From positions 1-62,710 of the forward strand of contig MHDZ01000090.1 in NCBI GenBank assembly GCA_001805055.1: 62,710 nucleotides of DNA. Direction: 5' to 3'. Position 1 is the stretch's first letter. Each line of letters begins with the position of its first letter. Below are positions 36,454-44,884 of the stretch, in pieces. The notes under the pieces are model-generated. The model was not told where the DNA came from, ran no database searches, and saw only the letters and a list, made by a program, of their open reading frames with translations. The position numbers and the translations under genes are program-made. Source of the stretch: Nitrospirae bacterium GWC2_57_13 (GTDB taxonomy: Bacteria; Nitrospirota; UBA9217).

Positions 36454-36640
36454 GCATGGAGCATAGCGCATAGAGCATAGCGCATAGAGCATAGAGCAGA
36501 GAGCATAGAGCAGAGAGCATAGGGCAGAGAGCATAGGGCAGAGGGCATAGGGCAGAGGGCAGAGGGCATAGGGCAGAGAGATTCATACCCTATGCGCTAT
36601 GCCCCATGCGATATGCATGCATTACCCATGCCCTCTGCCA
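36453..36640. repeat. Heptamer tandem-repeat hairpin element (copy H2, largest)
   Basis: 18 consecutive 7-nt units (AGCATGG, AGCATAG, CGCATAG ... GGCAGAG) span 36453-36578. A turn AGATTCATACC follows, then about 7 reverse-complement-type units (CTATGCG CTATGCC CCATGCG ATATGCA ...). Confidence 0.9.
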
Positions 36641-36651
36641 ATCGTAAACCT

Positions 36652-36933
36652 ATGGAAAGCATCCAGATCCAAATATTCGGCCATACCTACAGCATCAAGG
36701 CGATGGAGAACCCCGAGTATGTCCGGGAGCTTGCCGCCTTCCTCGACGGGAAGATGCGCGAGGTGCAGCAAGGCACAGGGACGGCCGATCCGCACCGTGT
36801 CGCGATCTTGACGGCCCTGACCATCAGCGATGAGCTGTTCCGCCTGCGTGAACGGTGCGGCACCATTGAGCAGTCCGCCGACCAGGCCGTCGAGCGGATG
36901 CTTGCCCTCACCGGCGATGAAGGAGCGCGCTGA
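36652..36933 (+). CDS. zapA: Cell division protein ZapA
   Basis: 93 aa. IQIFGHTYSIKA…EYVRELAAFLDGKMREV…AILTALTISDELFRLR is the typical ZapA pattern. The upstream part of listed ORF 36592 lies in the repeat. Confidence 0.8.
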   Translation: MESIQIQIFGHTYSIKAMENPEYVRELAAFLDGKMREVQQGTGTADPHRVAILTALTISDELFRLRERCGTIEQSADQAVERMLALTGDEGAR

Positions 36934-37036
36934 GGTGTTGGCGCGACTGACGGCAATGCCAGGCCTTGCCCCTCTTATGTCATTGAAAGTAAAGACTATT
37001 TTTGCAGCATCAGTAGAACGGCGTATGATTTTCTCC

Positions 37037-37065
37037 TTGCCATTTTTTTTTATTTCTGGTATATA
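37037..37065 (+). promoter_or_regulatory. Putative sigma70-type promoter of the 6S RNA candidate
   Basis: TTGCCA-17 nt-TATATA, ending about 18 nt before the closing stem of the RNA candidate. Confidence 0.45.
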
Positions 37066-37082
37066 CTACTCAGGTTAATAAT

Positions 37083-37267
37083 AAAGTCCCCTGCGTTGTG
37101 CGTGATAGATATTAACTTGATCCTCGTGAAAAAATTAAAACGGGAGCTGTCCCTGGAGAGGGTGTGCATGCCCAGATTAGACTGGGAAGCCTAAACTTTC
37201 CGATATGGCACCCACCTGGCATACGACCAGGTTCAAGCGTATCTGCACGGCAATGGCGGGGGACTTT
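37083..37267 (+). ncRNA. ssrS: Candidate 6S RNA
   Basis: 185 nt, directly 3' of zapA as in E. coli. The 5' end AAAGUCCCCUGC pairs with the 3' end GCGGGGGACUUU, extended by GUU/AAU and GUGC/GCAC. There is an A/U-rich internal region and an apical CCCAG-AUUAGA-CUGGG hairpin. No convincing ORF is present, and a GGGAAGC-GGG-GCTTCCC hairpin follows at 37279-37295. Confidence 0.5.
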
Positions 37268-37711
37268 CAGATTATTTCGGGAAGCGGGGCTTCCCTGGTT
37301 CGTTATACAAAGAAACCGAACAGCGCCAGAAGAAGGGAGCGGCAAGTAAGGAAGGCTCCAGCGCTTGTGATAGTGTTACACTACGGAAGAACGGTACGTT
37401 GCGGGAAGCACGATGAACAGTTGCTGTTCTGATCCGGGGCGTCCGTCGGGCAAGAAATTTAAAAGCGGCTCAACAGAAGAAATACGATGCAGATCAATCT
37501 ACATATATCTGGACGCCATCTCCTGGATGCGGGTTTGTTCCGCGCAGAGGAATCGGGTGCTCTCGGTTTGTTCGCCGACTCGGGCGTCATGAGGGGCCAG
37601 CATCTGCCACCCCCCTCGTCCATGATCGTATAAACGCTGTTGCCGTTTCTCTATCCGCTTGCTCTGTTCCCGTCCTGTCACCAGCCCTGAAGCGCCTTCC
37701 TGAAGTCATCG

Positions 37712-39043
37712 TTGGGCCCTAAGAAACAAACAGAACATCGTCTGCTCTTTCCGGATGCGGGACCTGCTGAGCCGCCGCTTGCGTGGCGAATGCGCCCCCG
37801 GGACCTGTCTGAATTCGCAGGTCAGCAGCATATCCTCGGGCCGGGCAAGCTCCTCCGCAGGGCGCTTGAAGCAGACCGCTTCATGTCGTTGATCCTGTAC
37901 GGACCGCCCGGTACGGGCAAGACCGCGCTGGCGCATCTCATTGCCGAGCGCAGCAAGGCTCAGTTCCTTGAGATCAACGCGGTGACGTCAGGTGTGGCCG
38001 ACATCCGCGCAGCGGTGCAGGCAGCGGCTTCCGAGCGAGGGCAGTCCGGCCGTAAGACCATCCTGTTTATCGATGAGATCCACCGATTCAATCGAGCCCA
38101 GCAGGATGCATTGCTGCCTGACGTCGAGAAGGGGAACATCATTCTGATCGGCGCCTCGACGCAGAATCCCTTTTTTGCCATCATCCCGGCCCTTTCTTCC
38201 CGTTCCCAGATCTTTGAATATCTGCCGCTCGACGACGAAGACGTCCGTGCGCTCGTGCTGCGCGCCCTTGGGGACAAGGACCGGGGGTTCGGGTCGCTGA
38301 AGATAGAACTCGCGCCTGAAGCCCTTGCGCACATCGTGGCGGGGTCGGGGGGCGATGTCCGGCGTGCGCTGAACGCGTTTGAGATCGGCGTCCTGTCGAC
38401 GGCACCGGGCGTCCATGGTGGGATCGTTTTCGATCTCCGGACAGCGGAGGAGTCGATCCAGAAGAAGGCCCTTGTCTATGATGAGGACGAGCATTATGAC
38501 ACGATCTCTGCGTTCATCAAAAGCATGCGCGGAAGCGATCCCGACGCCGCACTGTATTGGCTTGCGAAAATGATTGCAGCAGGAGAGGACCCGCTTTTCA
38601 TCGCGCGAAGGATCGTTATCGCGGCCAGCGAGGACGTGGGCAATGCAGATCCTCGGGCCCTTACGACCGCCGTTGCGGCATACCAGGCTGTTGAGCGGAT
38701 CGGCATGCCTGAGGGGCGGATCCCGCTGGCCCAGGCAACAGTGTATGTTGCTGCAGCGCCGAAGAGCAATGCATCTTACGTCGCTATCAACGAGGCTATG
38801 AAGGACATTGAAACGGGTCGACTGCTTCCCGTGCCCGGTCATCTCCGTGACGCCCATTACCGGGGCGCGGCACGGCTCGGCAGGGGGGCGGGTTACAAGT
38901 ATCCTCACGACTACCCGAACCATTTTATCGAACAGGAGTACCTTCCGCAGAAGCGGGAGTATTACCGGCCCACAGAGCAGGGTGAAGAAAAGCGGATCAA
39001 GGAACGCCTTGCAGGGCTGAAAAGAAAGAATCCAGGAGGATAA
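37712..39043 (+). CDS. rarA: Replication-associated recombination protein A (AAA+ ATPase RarA/MgsA)
   Basis: PLAWRMRPRDLSEFAGQQH, Walker A GPPGTGKT, FIDEIHRFN and the MgsA C-terminal domain. TTG start. Confidence 0.9.
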   Translation: MGPKKQTEHRLLFPDAGPAEPPLAWRMRPRDLSEFAGQQHILGPGKLLRRALEADRFMSLILYGPPGTGKTALAHLIAERSKAQFLEINAVTSGVADIRAAVQAAASERGQSGRKTILFIDEIHRFNRAQQDALLPDVEKGNIILIGASTQNPFFAIIPALSSRSQIFEYLPLDDEDVRALVLRALGDKDRGFGSLKIELAPEALAHIVAGSGGDVRRALNAFEIGVLSTAPGVHGGIVFDLRTAEESIQKKALVYDEDEHYDTISAFIKSMRGSDPDAALYWLAKMIAAGEDPLFIARRIVIAASEDVGNADPRALTTAVAAYQAVERIGMPEGRIPLAQATVYVAAAPKSNASYVAINEAMKDIETGRLLPVPGHLRDAHYRGAARLGRGAGYKYPHDYPNHFIEQEYLPQKREYYRPTEQGEEKRIKERLAGLKRKNPGG

Positions 39044-39049
39044 AAGAAC

Positions 39050-40606
39050 ATGCTTGAATATATCATACTCATGATCGTAGGACTTGCCGTGGGCCTTGGC
39101 ACCGGCCTGCTGATCAAAGGGCGGGTCGCTGCCGGCAAGATCCGTGACGCCGAGCAGGAGGCGGGTCGGATGCTTGCGAACGCGAAACGCGAGGCCGACA
39201 CTAAGCTGAAAGAAGCGCAGCTCGAATCAAAGGACAAGCTCTACCAGGCGCGCTCGGACTTTGACCGGGAGACCCGCGATAAACGCACGGAGCTTCAGAA
39301 CCAGGAGCGGAAACTCACCCAGAAGGAAGAGAGCCTTGAGAAAAAGTCCGATGCCGTCGAGAAGCGGGAGGCCGAGGCCCAGCGGCGCGAGCGCGAACTT
39401 ACTGCCCGCGAGAAGATCGCCCAGGAGAAGGAAGAGAAGTATGAAGCGGGCCTGCGCGAGCAGCGCCAGATGCTCGAGAAGATCGCCAGCATGACTGCCG
39501 AAGAGGCAAAGCGGCAGTTGATGGTCGCCATGGAGGACGAAGCGAAGTATGAGGCCGCCAAGACGATCAAGCGGATCGAGGATGAAGCGCGCGAAGAGGC
39601 GGACAAGAAGTCAAAAAGCATCATAAGCACCGCCATCCAGCGGTATGCCAGCGATTACGTTGCAGAGGCCACCGTGTCCGTGGTGAACCTGCCGAACGAC
39701 GAGATGAAGGGCAGGATCATCGGCCGCGAAGGTCGAAACATACGCGCTCTTGAAGCTGCCACGGGGATCGACCTGATCATCGACGATACGCCTGAAGCGG
39801 TGATCCTGTCGTGCTACGACCCATTGCGCCGGGAGATCGCCAAGCAGACCATCGAGCGGCTGATCCATGACGGCAGGATCCATCCGGCGCGGATCGAGGA
39901 GCTCGCCGATAAGGTTAGAAAGGATTTGGACATTTCCATGAAAGATGAGGGCGAGAAGGCCGCCTTCGATCTCGGCATCCATAACCTTCACCCGGAGATC
40001 ATCAAGCTGATCGGTCGGTTGCGGTATCGGACGAGCTACGGACAGAATGTGTTGATGCATTCCCGTGAGGTCGCCTACTTCGCCGGCATCATGGCCGCGG
40101 AACTGGGCGTGGACCAGAAGCTCGCCCGCCGTGCCGGCCTTCTGCATGACCTGGGCAAGGCCATTGACCACGAAGTGGAGGGGACGCATCCCTCCATCGG
40201 CGGCGATCTTGCCAAGAAGTACGGCGAGTCACCGAAGATCATCAATTCGATCCTTACCCATCACGGGGACGGCGAAGCGGAATCCGTTGAGGCCGTGCTC
40301 GTGGCCGCGGCTGACGCTCTCTCGGCAAGCAGGCCCGGTGTGCGGCGCGAGACCCTTGAGAGCTACCTCAAGCGGCTCGAGAAGCTTGAGGAGGTCGCCA
40401 ACTCCTTCAAGGGCGTTGAGAAGTCCTATGCCATCCAGGCAGGGCGAGAGATCAGGATCATCGTGAAGCCCGATGATCTTTCCGACGCACTCTCGGCGCA
40501 GGTATGCCGCGATGTGGCCAAGAAGATCGAGCAGGAGCTTTCATATCCCGGGCAGATCAAGGTCACGGTGGTGCGTGAGAGCAGGTATGTGGAGTTCGCG
40601 AAGTAA
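39050..40606 (+). CDS. rny: Ribonuclease Y
   Basis: N-terminal TM helix, long coiled coil, KH domain ([15 protein letters not shown]) and HD domain (LLHDLGKA). Confidence 0.95.
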   Translation: MLEYIILMIVGLAVGLGTGLLIKGRVAAGKIRDAEQEAGRMLANAKREADTKLKEAQLESKDKLYQARSDFDRETRDKRTELQNQERKLTQKEESLEKKSDAVEKREAEAQRRERELTAREKIAQEKEEKYEAGLREQRQMLEKIASMTAEEAKRQLMVAMEDEAKYEAAKTIKRIEDEAREEADKKSKSIISTAIQRYASDYVAEATVSVVNLPNDEMKGRIIGREGRNIRALEAATGIDLIIDDTPEAVILSCYDPLRREIAKQTIERLIHDGRIHPARIEELADKVRKDLDISMKDEGEKAAFDLGIHNLHPEIIKLIGRLRYRTSYGQNVLMHSREVAYFAGIMAAELGVDQKLARRAGLLHDLGKAIDHEVEGTHPSIGGDLAKKYGESPKIINSILTHHGDGEAESVEAVLVAAADALSASRPGVRRETLESYLKRLEKLEEVANSFKGVEKSYAIQAGREIRIIVKPDDLSDALSAQVCRDVAKKIEQELSYPGQIKVTVVRESRYVEFAK

Positions 40607-40608
40607 CG

Positions 40609-40661
40609 CGCAGAGAGCAGAGAGCGGACAGGTTCATACCCTATGCGCCATGCTCCATGCG
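40609..40661. repeat. Heptamer tandem-repeat hairpin element (copy H3, short)
   Basis: CGCAGAG AGCAGAG AGCGGAC, then turn AGGTTCATACC, then CTATGCG CCATGCT CCATGCG. The turn and first reverse unit are nearly identical to H2. Confidence 0.85.
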
Positions 40662-40699
40662 AGACGTCAACAACGTGAGTTATTTCACAGGAGTACTGT

Positions 40700-41482
40700 T
40701 TGAAGGTTCTATTTATCGGCGACATCGTAGGCGAGCCCGGGCGGAAGATGGTGAAGGCGCATATCAGCGCCCTGACCGCCCAGTATCGTCCCGACCTGAT
40801 CATTGCGAACGGCGAGAACGCGGCCGGCGGTTTCGGCATAACGTCCGATATCGCCGAGGAGTTCTTTTCGCTCGGCATCCATGTGCTGACGTCGGGAAAC
40901 CATGTGTGGGACAAGAAAGAGATCGAGCCCTACCTTACGAAGCACGACAGGCTTATCAGACCGGCAAACTATCCCGACGGCAACCTGGGATTCGGCAGTG
41001 TGGTCATATCAACAGCAGCGGGCAAGGCAGCAGTGCTGAACCTGGAAGGGCGGGTCTTCATGTCGAACCTTGAAGACCCCTTTCGCGTCGGCATGAGGGA
41101 GATCGAGCGGCTCAAAAAGGAAACGCAGGTTGTGATCATTGATTTTCACGCTGAGGCGACATCGGAAAAGATCGCCCTCGCTTGGTATCTTGACGGCATG
41201 GCAAGCGCCGTCATCGGCACCCATACCCATGTTCAGACAGCTGACGAGCGGATCCTGCCGGGCGGTACGGCTTTCCTGACCGACGCAGGCATGACGGGCC
41301 CAACGGATTCCGTGATCGGCGTGAAAAAGGAGGAGGCCATTGCGCGCTTCCTGAGCCAGAGCCCGCATAAATTTTCGATCCCCAAGGGCCCCACGCACCT
41401 CGATGCTGTAGTTATTGAGGTCGATGCGTCGGATGGGAAGGCGAAGTCGATCGAGCGTATCAAACTGAAATCGCAATTCTAG
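40700..41482 (+). CDS. ymdB: YmdB-like metallophosphoesterase (TIGR00282 type)
   Basis: FIGDIVGEPGR, ANGENAAGG, GNHVWD and GTHTHVQTADE motifs. It follows rny as in many bacteria. Confidence 0.9.
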   Translation: MKVLFIGDIVGEPGRKMVKAHISALTAQYRPDLIIANGENAAGGFGITSDIAEEFFSLGIHVLTSGNHVWDKKEIEPYLTKHDRLIRPANYPDGNLGFGSVVISTAAGKAAVLNLEGRVFMSNLEDPFRVGMREIERLKKETQVVIIDFHAEATSEKIALAWYLDGMASAVIGTHTHVQTADERILPGGTAFLTDAGMTGPTDSVIGVKKEEAIARFLSQSPHKFSIPKGPTHLDAVVIEVDASDGKAKSIERIKLKSQF

Positions 41483-41546
41483 GAGTGCGGAACGCGGCGT
41501 GATGCAATTCCCGCATCCTGAATTCCGCCTTCCGAGACCTCATAAT

Positions 41547-41765
41547 CCTGAAAAGAGTATTTGGGCGCGGATATAATCCGATGCCAGCAGATAAAAATAG
41601 AGAAAAAAACTTTTTTGATGTTGAAAAAGAATCACCGTTGGGCTGAAGGCTCTTTCTGCGCTTGAGGGCCTGGTTGTATCTCCGAAAATCTGCGTTTACC
41701 CCGTTAGAAGATTTTTATTTCTAACGGGGTGAATCTGCGTCCAACTACCGTTTCCAGGGTAAAAC
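41547..41765 (+). repeat. Dispersed intergenic repeat, copy A (5' of xseA), with an extra internal hairpin
   Basis: It shares two blocks with 46874-46985: CCTGAAAAGAGTATTTGGGCGCGGATATAATCCG... and ATCTGCGTCCAACTACCGTTTCCAGGGT. It contains the hairpin CCCCGTTAGAA-9 nt-TTCTAACGGGG (41699-41729) flanked by AATCTGCGT on both sides. Confidence 0.75.
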
Positions 41766-42971
41766 ATGCAAACGCACATCCTCACCGTTACGCAACTGAC
41801 CCACAGGATCAAGGACCTTCTCGAAGGTGCGTTTCCCGACGTATGGGTCGAGGGGGAGATATCGAACCTCCACGTACCCCAGTCTGGCCACACCTATTTT
41901 ACCCTGAAGGACGAACAGACTCAGGTGCGCGCGGTCTTGTTTCGATCATCGCTGCGCCATCTGAAGTTCACACTGCAGCACGGAATGCAGGTGATCAGCC
42001 GCGGCAGGGTGGGCCTCTATGAGCCGCGGGGGGAATATCAGCTCATTCTCGATTACATCGAGCCGAAGGGGATCGGGGCCCTTCAGAAGGCATTTGAGGA
42101 GCTGAAGGCAAGACTCTCCAAGGAAGGCCTGTTCGCGCCTGAGCGAAAGAAACCCCTCCCGCTCCTGCCCCGGAAGATCGGCATCATCACCTCGCCCACC
42201 GGCGCAGCCATCCGGGACATGCTGCGGGTGATCCGGCGTCGTCATCCCCACATGGCAATACTGCTTTATCCCGTCGCGGTCCAGGGCGCGGCAGCGGCCC
42301 CGGGGATCATCGAGGCGATCGAATATTTCAACGTCGAGAAGAACGTGGAAGTCATGATCGTTGGCCGGGGTGGCGGTTCGCTGGAAGATCTCTGGGCCTT
42401 CAATGAAGAATCGGTCGCCCGGGCTATCGCGGCATCCCGCATTCCCGTTATCTCCGCAGTGGGACACGAGACGGATTATACGATAGCTGATTTCGTTGCT
42501 GATCTTCGGGCGCCAACGCCTTCAGCGGCCGCCGAGATGGTGGTGGAGAGTGAAGAAAGCCTCCGGGAATTCATCGCCGCCCATCAGGCCCGGATGATCC
42601 GCGGCATGCGCCAGATGATCGGGCTGATGCGGGCATCGGTCAGAGAGAAGGTCCGGATCATCGGGGACCCTCGCAGAAGGCTGGAACAGGGGGCGCAGCG
42701 GGTGGATGAGCTGTTCGGGAGGTTGGCAACGGGACTAGGCCATCATCTGCGCAGGGACCGGGTCCGCCTCGCCTCACTCGCCGCAGGCCTCGATCATCTC
42801 AATCCGCTGAGTGTCCTTGCGCGCGGTTACAGCATAACAGTCATGCTTCCCGGACGGGAGATCGTAACGGAGGCGAAGCAGGTGAAGGCAGGGGACCTTT
42901 TGGGAACGCGGGTCAGGAGCGGAGAGGTATTGTCCCGGGTAGTGGATGACAACACCGGGGGTGATTCCTAG
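41766..42971 (+). CDS. xseA: Exodeoxyribonuclease VII large subunit
   Basis: 401 aa. The N-terminal OB fold (VTQLTHRIKDLLEGAFPDVWVEGEISN) and catalytic core pattern are typical of XseA. Confidence 0.95.
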   Translation: MQTHILTVTQLTHRIKDLLEGAFPDVWVEGEISNLHVPQSGHTYFTLKDEQTQVRAVLFRSSLRHLKFTLQHGMQVISRGRVGLYEPRGEYQLILDYIEPKGIGALQKAFEELKARLSKEGLFAPERKKPLPLLPRKIGIITSPTGAAIRDMLRVIRRRHPHMAILLYPVAVQGAAAAPGIIEAIEYFNVEKNVEVMIVGRGGGSLEDLWAFNEESVARAIAASRIPVISAVGHETDYTIADFVADLRAPTPSAAAEMVVESEESLREFIAAHQARMIRGMRQMIGLMRASVREKVRIIGDPRRRLEQGAQRVDELFGRLATGLGHHLRRDRVRLASLAAGLDHLNPLSVLARGYSITVMLPGREIVTEAKQVKAGDLLGTRVRSGEVLSRVVDDNTGGDS

Positions 42972-43222
42972 CTGTTGCCGCCCCGGTCAGGAGAGCATTC
43001 GAAGACGATCGGCGAGTTGGGCGATTCATTATACGCGGTTTCGCCCCTCTTGAAGCGCACATAGAGCTCCAGACTCTCGCGCAAAAGGCTGGCGATGCTC
43101 TGGCGCGTCGTTGCTTCCAGGTCGATCAGGACACGGACCTGTTCTTCATCGAGGCAGGAGTTCAGGTCGATCTTATTTTCGCCGTTCATGTTGGCACTCT
43201 CCTGTATGAAGAATGAACTCAC
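42968..43222 (-). CDS. Small hypothetical protein, possibly ribbon-helix-helix
   Basis: 84 aa (or 73 from MNGENK). VRVLIDLEATTRQSIASLLRESLELYV resembles a strand-helix-helix unit. It is antisense-oriented between xseA and xseB. Confidence 0.35.
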   Translation of the reverse strand: MSSFFIQESANMNGENKIDLNSCLDEEQVRVLIDLEATTRQSIASLLRESLELYVRFKRGETAYNESPNSPIVFECSPDRGGNS

Positions 43223-43513
43223 GTAGGCATCCTAACACGCCACCCTGTTCCGGTCAATGCCTTTCTCATGGTTTATCGGGATCGGTCAAGCACTTTGTCG
43301 CAGACGGACCGCTGCGCCCGGTCTGCAGGCGTTCATGGTCCCGCCTGCGTGATCCTTCATTGCAATGGGGGCGGGACCGGTTCTCTTCGGATCTCCGGAT
43401 AGCTGGGCATTTGCCGCGATTTTCCCTTGCCTTTCCGATGTTTTTCGGGCTATAATTTACGCACTCCATCGGTTGCGCTGTGGGAGCGAACGCACATTTG
43501 AGTGAGAGGAAGC

Positions 43514-43747
43514 ATGGCGGAAAAGAAGTTCGAGGCTGCCCTCGGCAGGCTCGAGGAAATCGTCAAGGAACTTGAGAAGGGCGACCTCCCCCTGGAGCAG
43601 TCGCTCAAGCTGTTTGAAGAGGGGGTAAAGCTATCCCGGCTCTGCACGAAGCGTCTTGACGAGGCGGAGCGCAAGGTCGAGATTCTCGTGAAGGACGGGT
43701 CGGGGAATGTGACTGCCCGGCCCTTTGGCGAGGAAGAGGACGAGTAG
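43514..43747 (+). CDS. xseB: Exodeoxyribonuclease VII small subunit
   Basis: MAEKKFEAALGRLEEIVKELEKGDLPLEQSLKLFEEGVKLSRLC is the classic XseB N-terminus. Confidence 0.9.
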   Translation: MAEKKFEAALGRLEEIVKELEKGDLPLEQSLKLFEEGVKLSRLCTKRLDEAERKVEILVKDGSGNVTARPFGEEEDE

Positions 43748-43817
43748 GCTTTTCGTGCCGGAAGTTTGCCTGTTCCTTTCGGCATGCATCTGCTGCAAAC
43801 GGCCGGTTACTCGTGAA

Positions 43818-43852
43818 GTTCCCGGCAGTCCCGCTTTGGCGGGACGGGGAGT
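43818..43852 (+). repeat. Leader hairpin element, copy L3 (upstream of ispA)
   Basis: GTTCCCGGCAGTCCCGCTTTGGCGGGACGGGGAGTG. GTCCCGC-UUUG-GCGGGAC stem-loop lies 19 nt before the ispA ATG and is related to L1/L2. Confidence 0.6.
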
Positions 43853-43870
43853 GCGAATACTCGAGAACTC

Positions 43871-44761
43871 ATGGACATCAAGGCTTATCTGACAAAAAAG
43901 AAGGAGGCTGTTGACCGGTCGCTTGAAAAGCTCATGCCGCCTGCAACGGCCTTTCCCTCGGTAATCCACGAAGCAATGCGGTACAGTCTGTTCGCCGGCG
44001 GGAAGCGGGTCCGGCCGGTGCTTGCCATCGCCGCGGCCGAGGCTCTCGGAGCGAAGGCGACGGGCGTAGTGCCGATCGCAGCTTCGCTTGAGCTCATCCA
44101 TACCTACTCGCTGATCCATGACGATCTGCCGGCAATGGATAACGATGATTTCAGACGCGGTCGGCCTACGTGCCACAAGGTATACGGCGATGCGGTGGCG
44201 GTTTTGGCAGGGGACGGTCTATTGACAATGGCCTTCGAGGTGCTGTCAGACCCGAAACTGGAAAAAGCCATTTCCGCCCGGACACTTTTGTCGGTCATCA
44301 AGGAACTATCCACGGCTTCCGGCGTGCGCGGCATGGTTGGCGGCCAGGTGGTGGATATGCAGTCCGAAGGCAAGGAGATCGATTTCCCGACGCTGGAATA
44401 TATCCATATGCACAAGACCGGGGCATTGATCCGCGCCTCTGTTCGAGCGGGCGCGCTCTACGCGCGGGCAACGAAGCAGCAGTACCTGGCGCTCACGCGC
44501 TACGCCGAGATGGCGGGCCTGGCCTTCCAGATCGCCGATGATATCCTCGATATTACCTCAACGCAGGAGGCGCTCGGAAAGGATATCGGAAGCGATCTCA
44601 AGAAAGGCAAGAAAACCTTTCCGAGTTTCTACGGCCTTGAAGAATCGAGACGTCGCGCCCGGGAGGTGGTGGATCACGCCCTCGGAGCGTTGAAGGGTTT
44701 TGACCGGAAAGCCGATGCGCTTCGGGAGCTGGCGAAGTATATTATCAACCGTGTTAATTAA
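43871..44761 (+). CDS. ispA: Farnesyl diphosphate synthase (polyprenyl synthetase)
   Basis: First and second Asp-rich motifs DDLPAMDNDDFRRG and IADDILD. Confidence 0.9.
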   Translation: MDIKAYLTKKKEAVDRSLEKLMPPATAFPSVIHEAMRYSLFAGGKRVRPVLAIAAAEALGAKATGVVPIAASLELIHTYSLIHDDLPAMDNDDFRRGRPTCHKVYGDAVAVLAGDGLLTMAFEVLSDPKLEKAISARTLLSVIKELSTASGVRGMVGGQVVDMQSEGKEIDFPTLEYIHMHKTGALIRASVRAGALYARATKQQYLALTRYAEMAGLAFQIADDILDITSTQEALGKDIGSDLKKGKKTFPSFYGLEESRRRAREVVDHALGALKGFDRKADALRELAKYIINRVN

Positions 44762-44884
44762 GAGGAGAAGGTTACGAGGCCCGTATCGACTGTCGGCAAC
44801 GTGCAGCATGGTAAACACGAAGGACGAGAGACGTAACCGAAACAGGCATCGTGACCGTAACTTCCGGACGAACGAGGTAAAACC

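Noticed and set aside
35487-36586. Long minus-strand ORFs (360 aa and 70 aa) starting with MPSALCPMPSALCSLPYALC...
   Set aside because: Their N-termini are just the translation of the heptamer array. The rest is antisense to the well-supported ftsY gene.
36453-36640. Possible CRISPR array because of the regular repeats
   Set aside because: The period is only 7 nt with no unique spacers and no cas genes, and the second half is the reverse complement of the first. It is a tandem-repeat hairpin, not CRISPR.
37083-37267. Alternative identities for the structured RNA candidate (RNase P RNA, tmRNA, SRP RNA)
   Set aside because: It lacks the conserved GAGGAAAGUCC/ACAGAA-type RNase P blocks, a tmRNA tag reading frame with tRNA-like ends, and the SRP GGAA/AGCA domain IV motif. 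Size and the zapA linkage fit 6S better.
37499-37681. 60-aa minus-strand ORF as a real gene
   Set aside because: It has no RBS or recognisable family and only marginal length. It is kept only as part of the unexplained-gap finding.
44762-44884. TPP riboswitch upstream of dxs
   Set aside because: No CUGAGA / ACCUGA-type THI-box elements are visible. Only a generic long-range GGTTACG/CGTAACC pairing is present.
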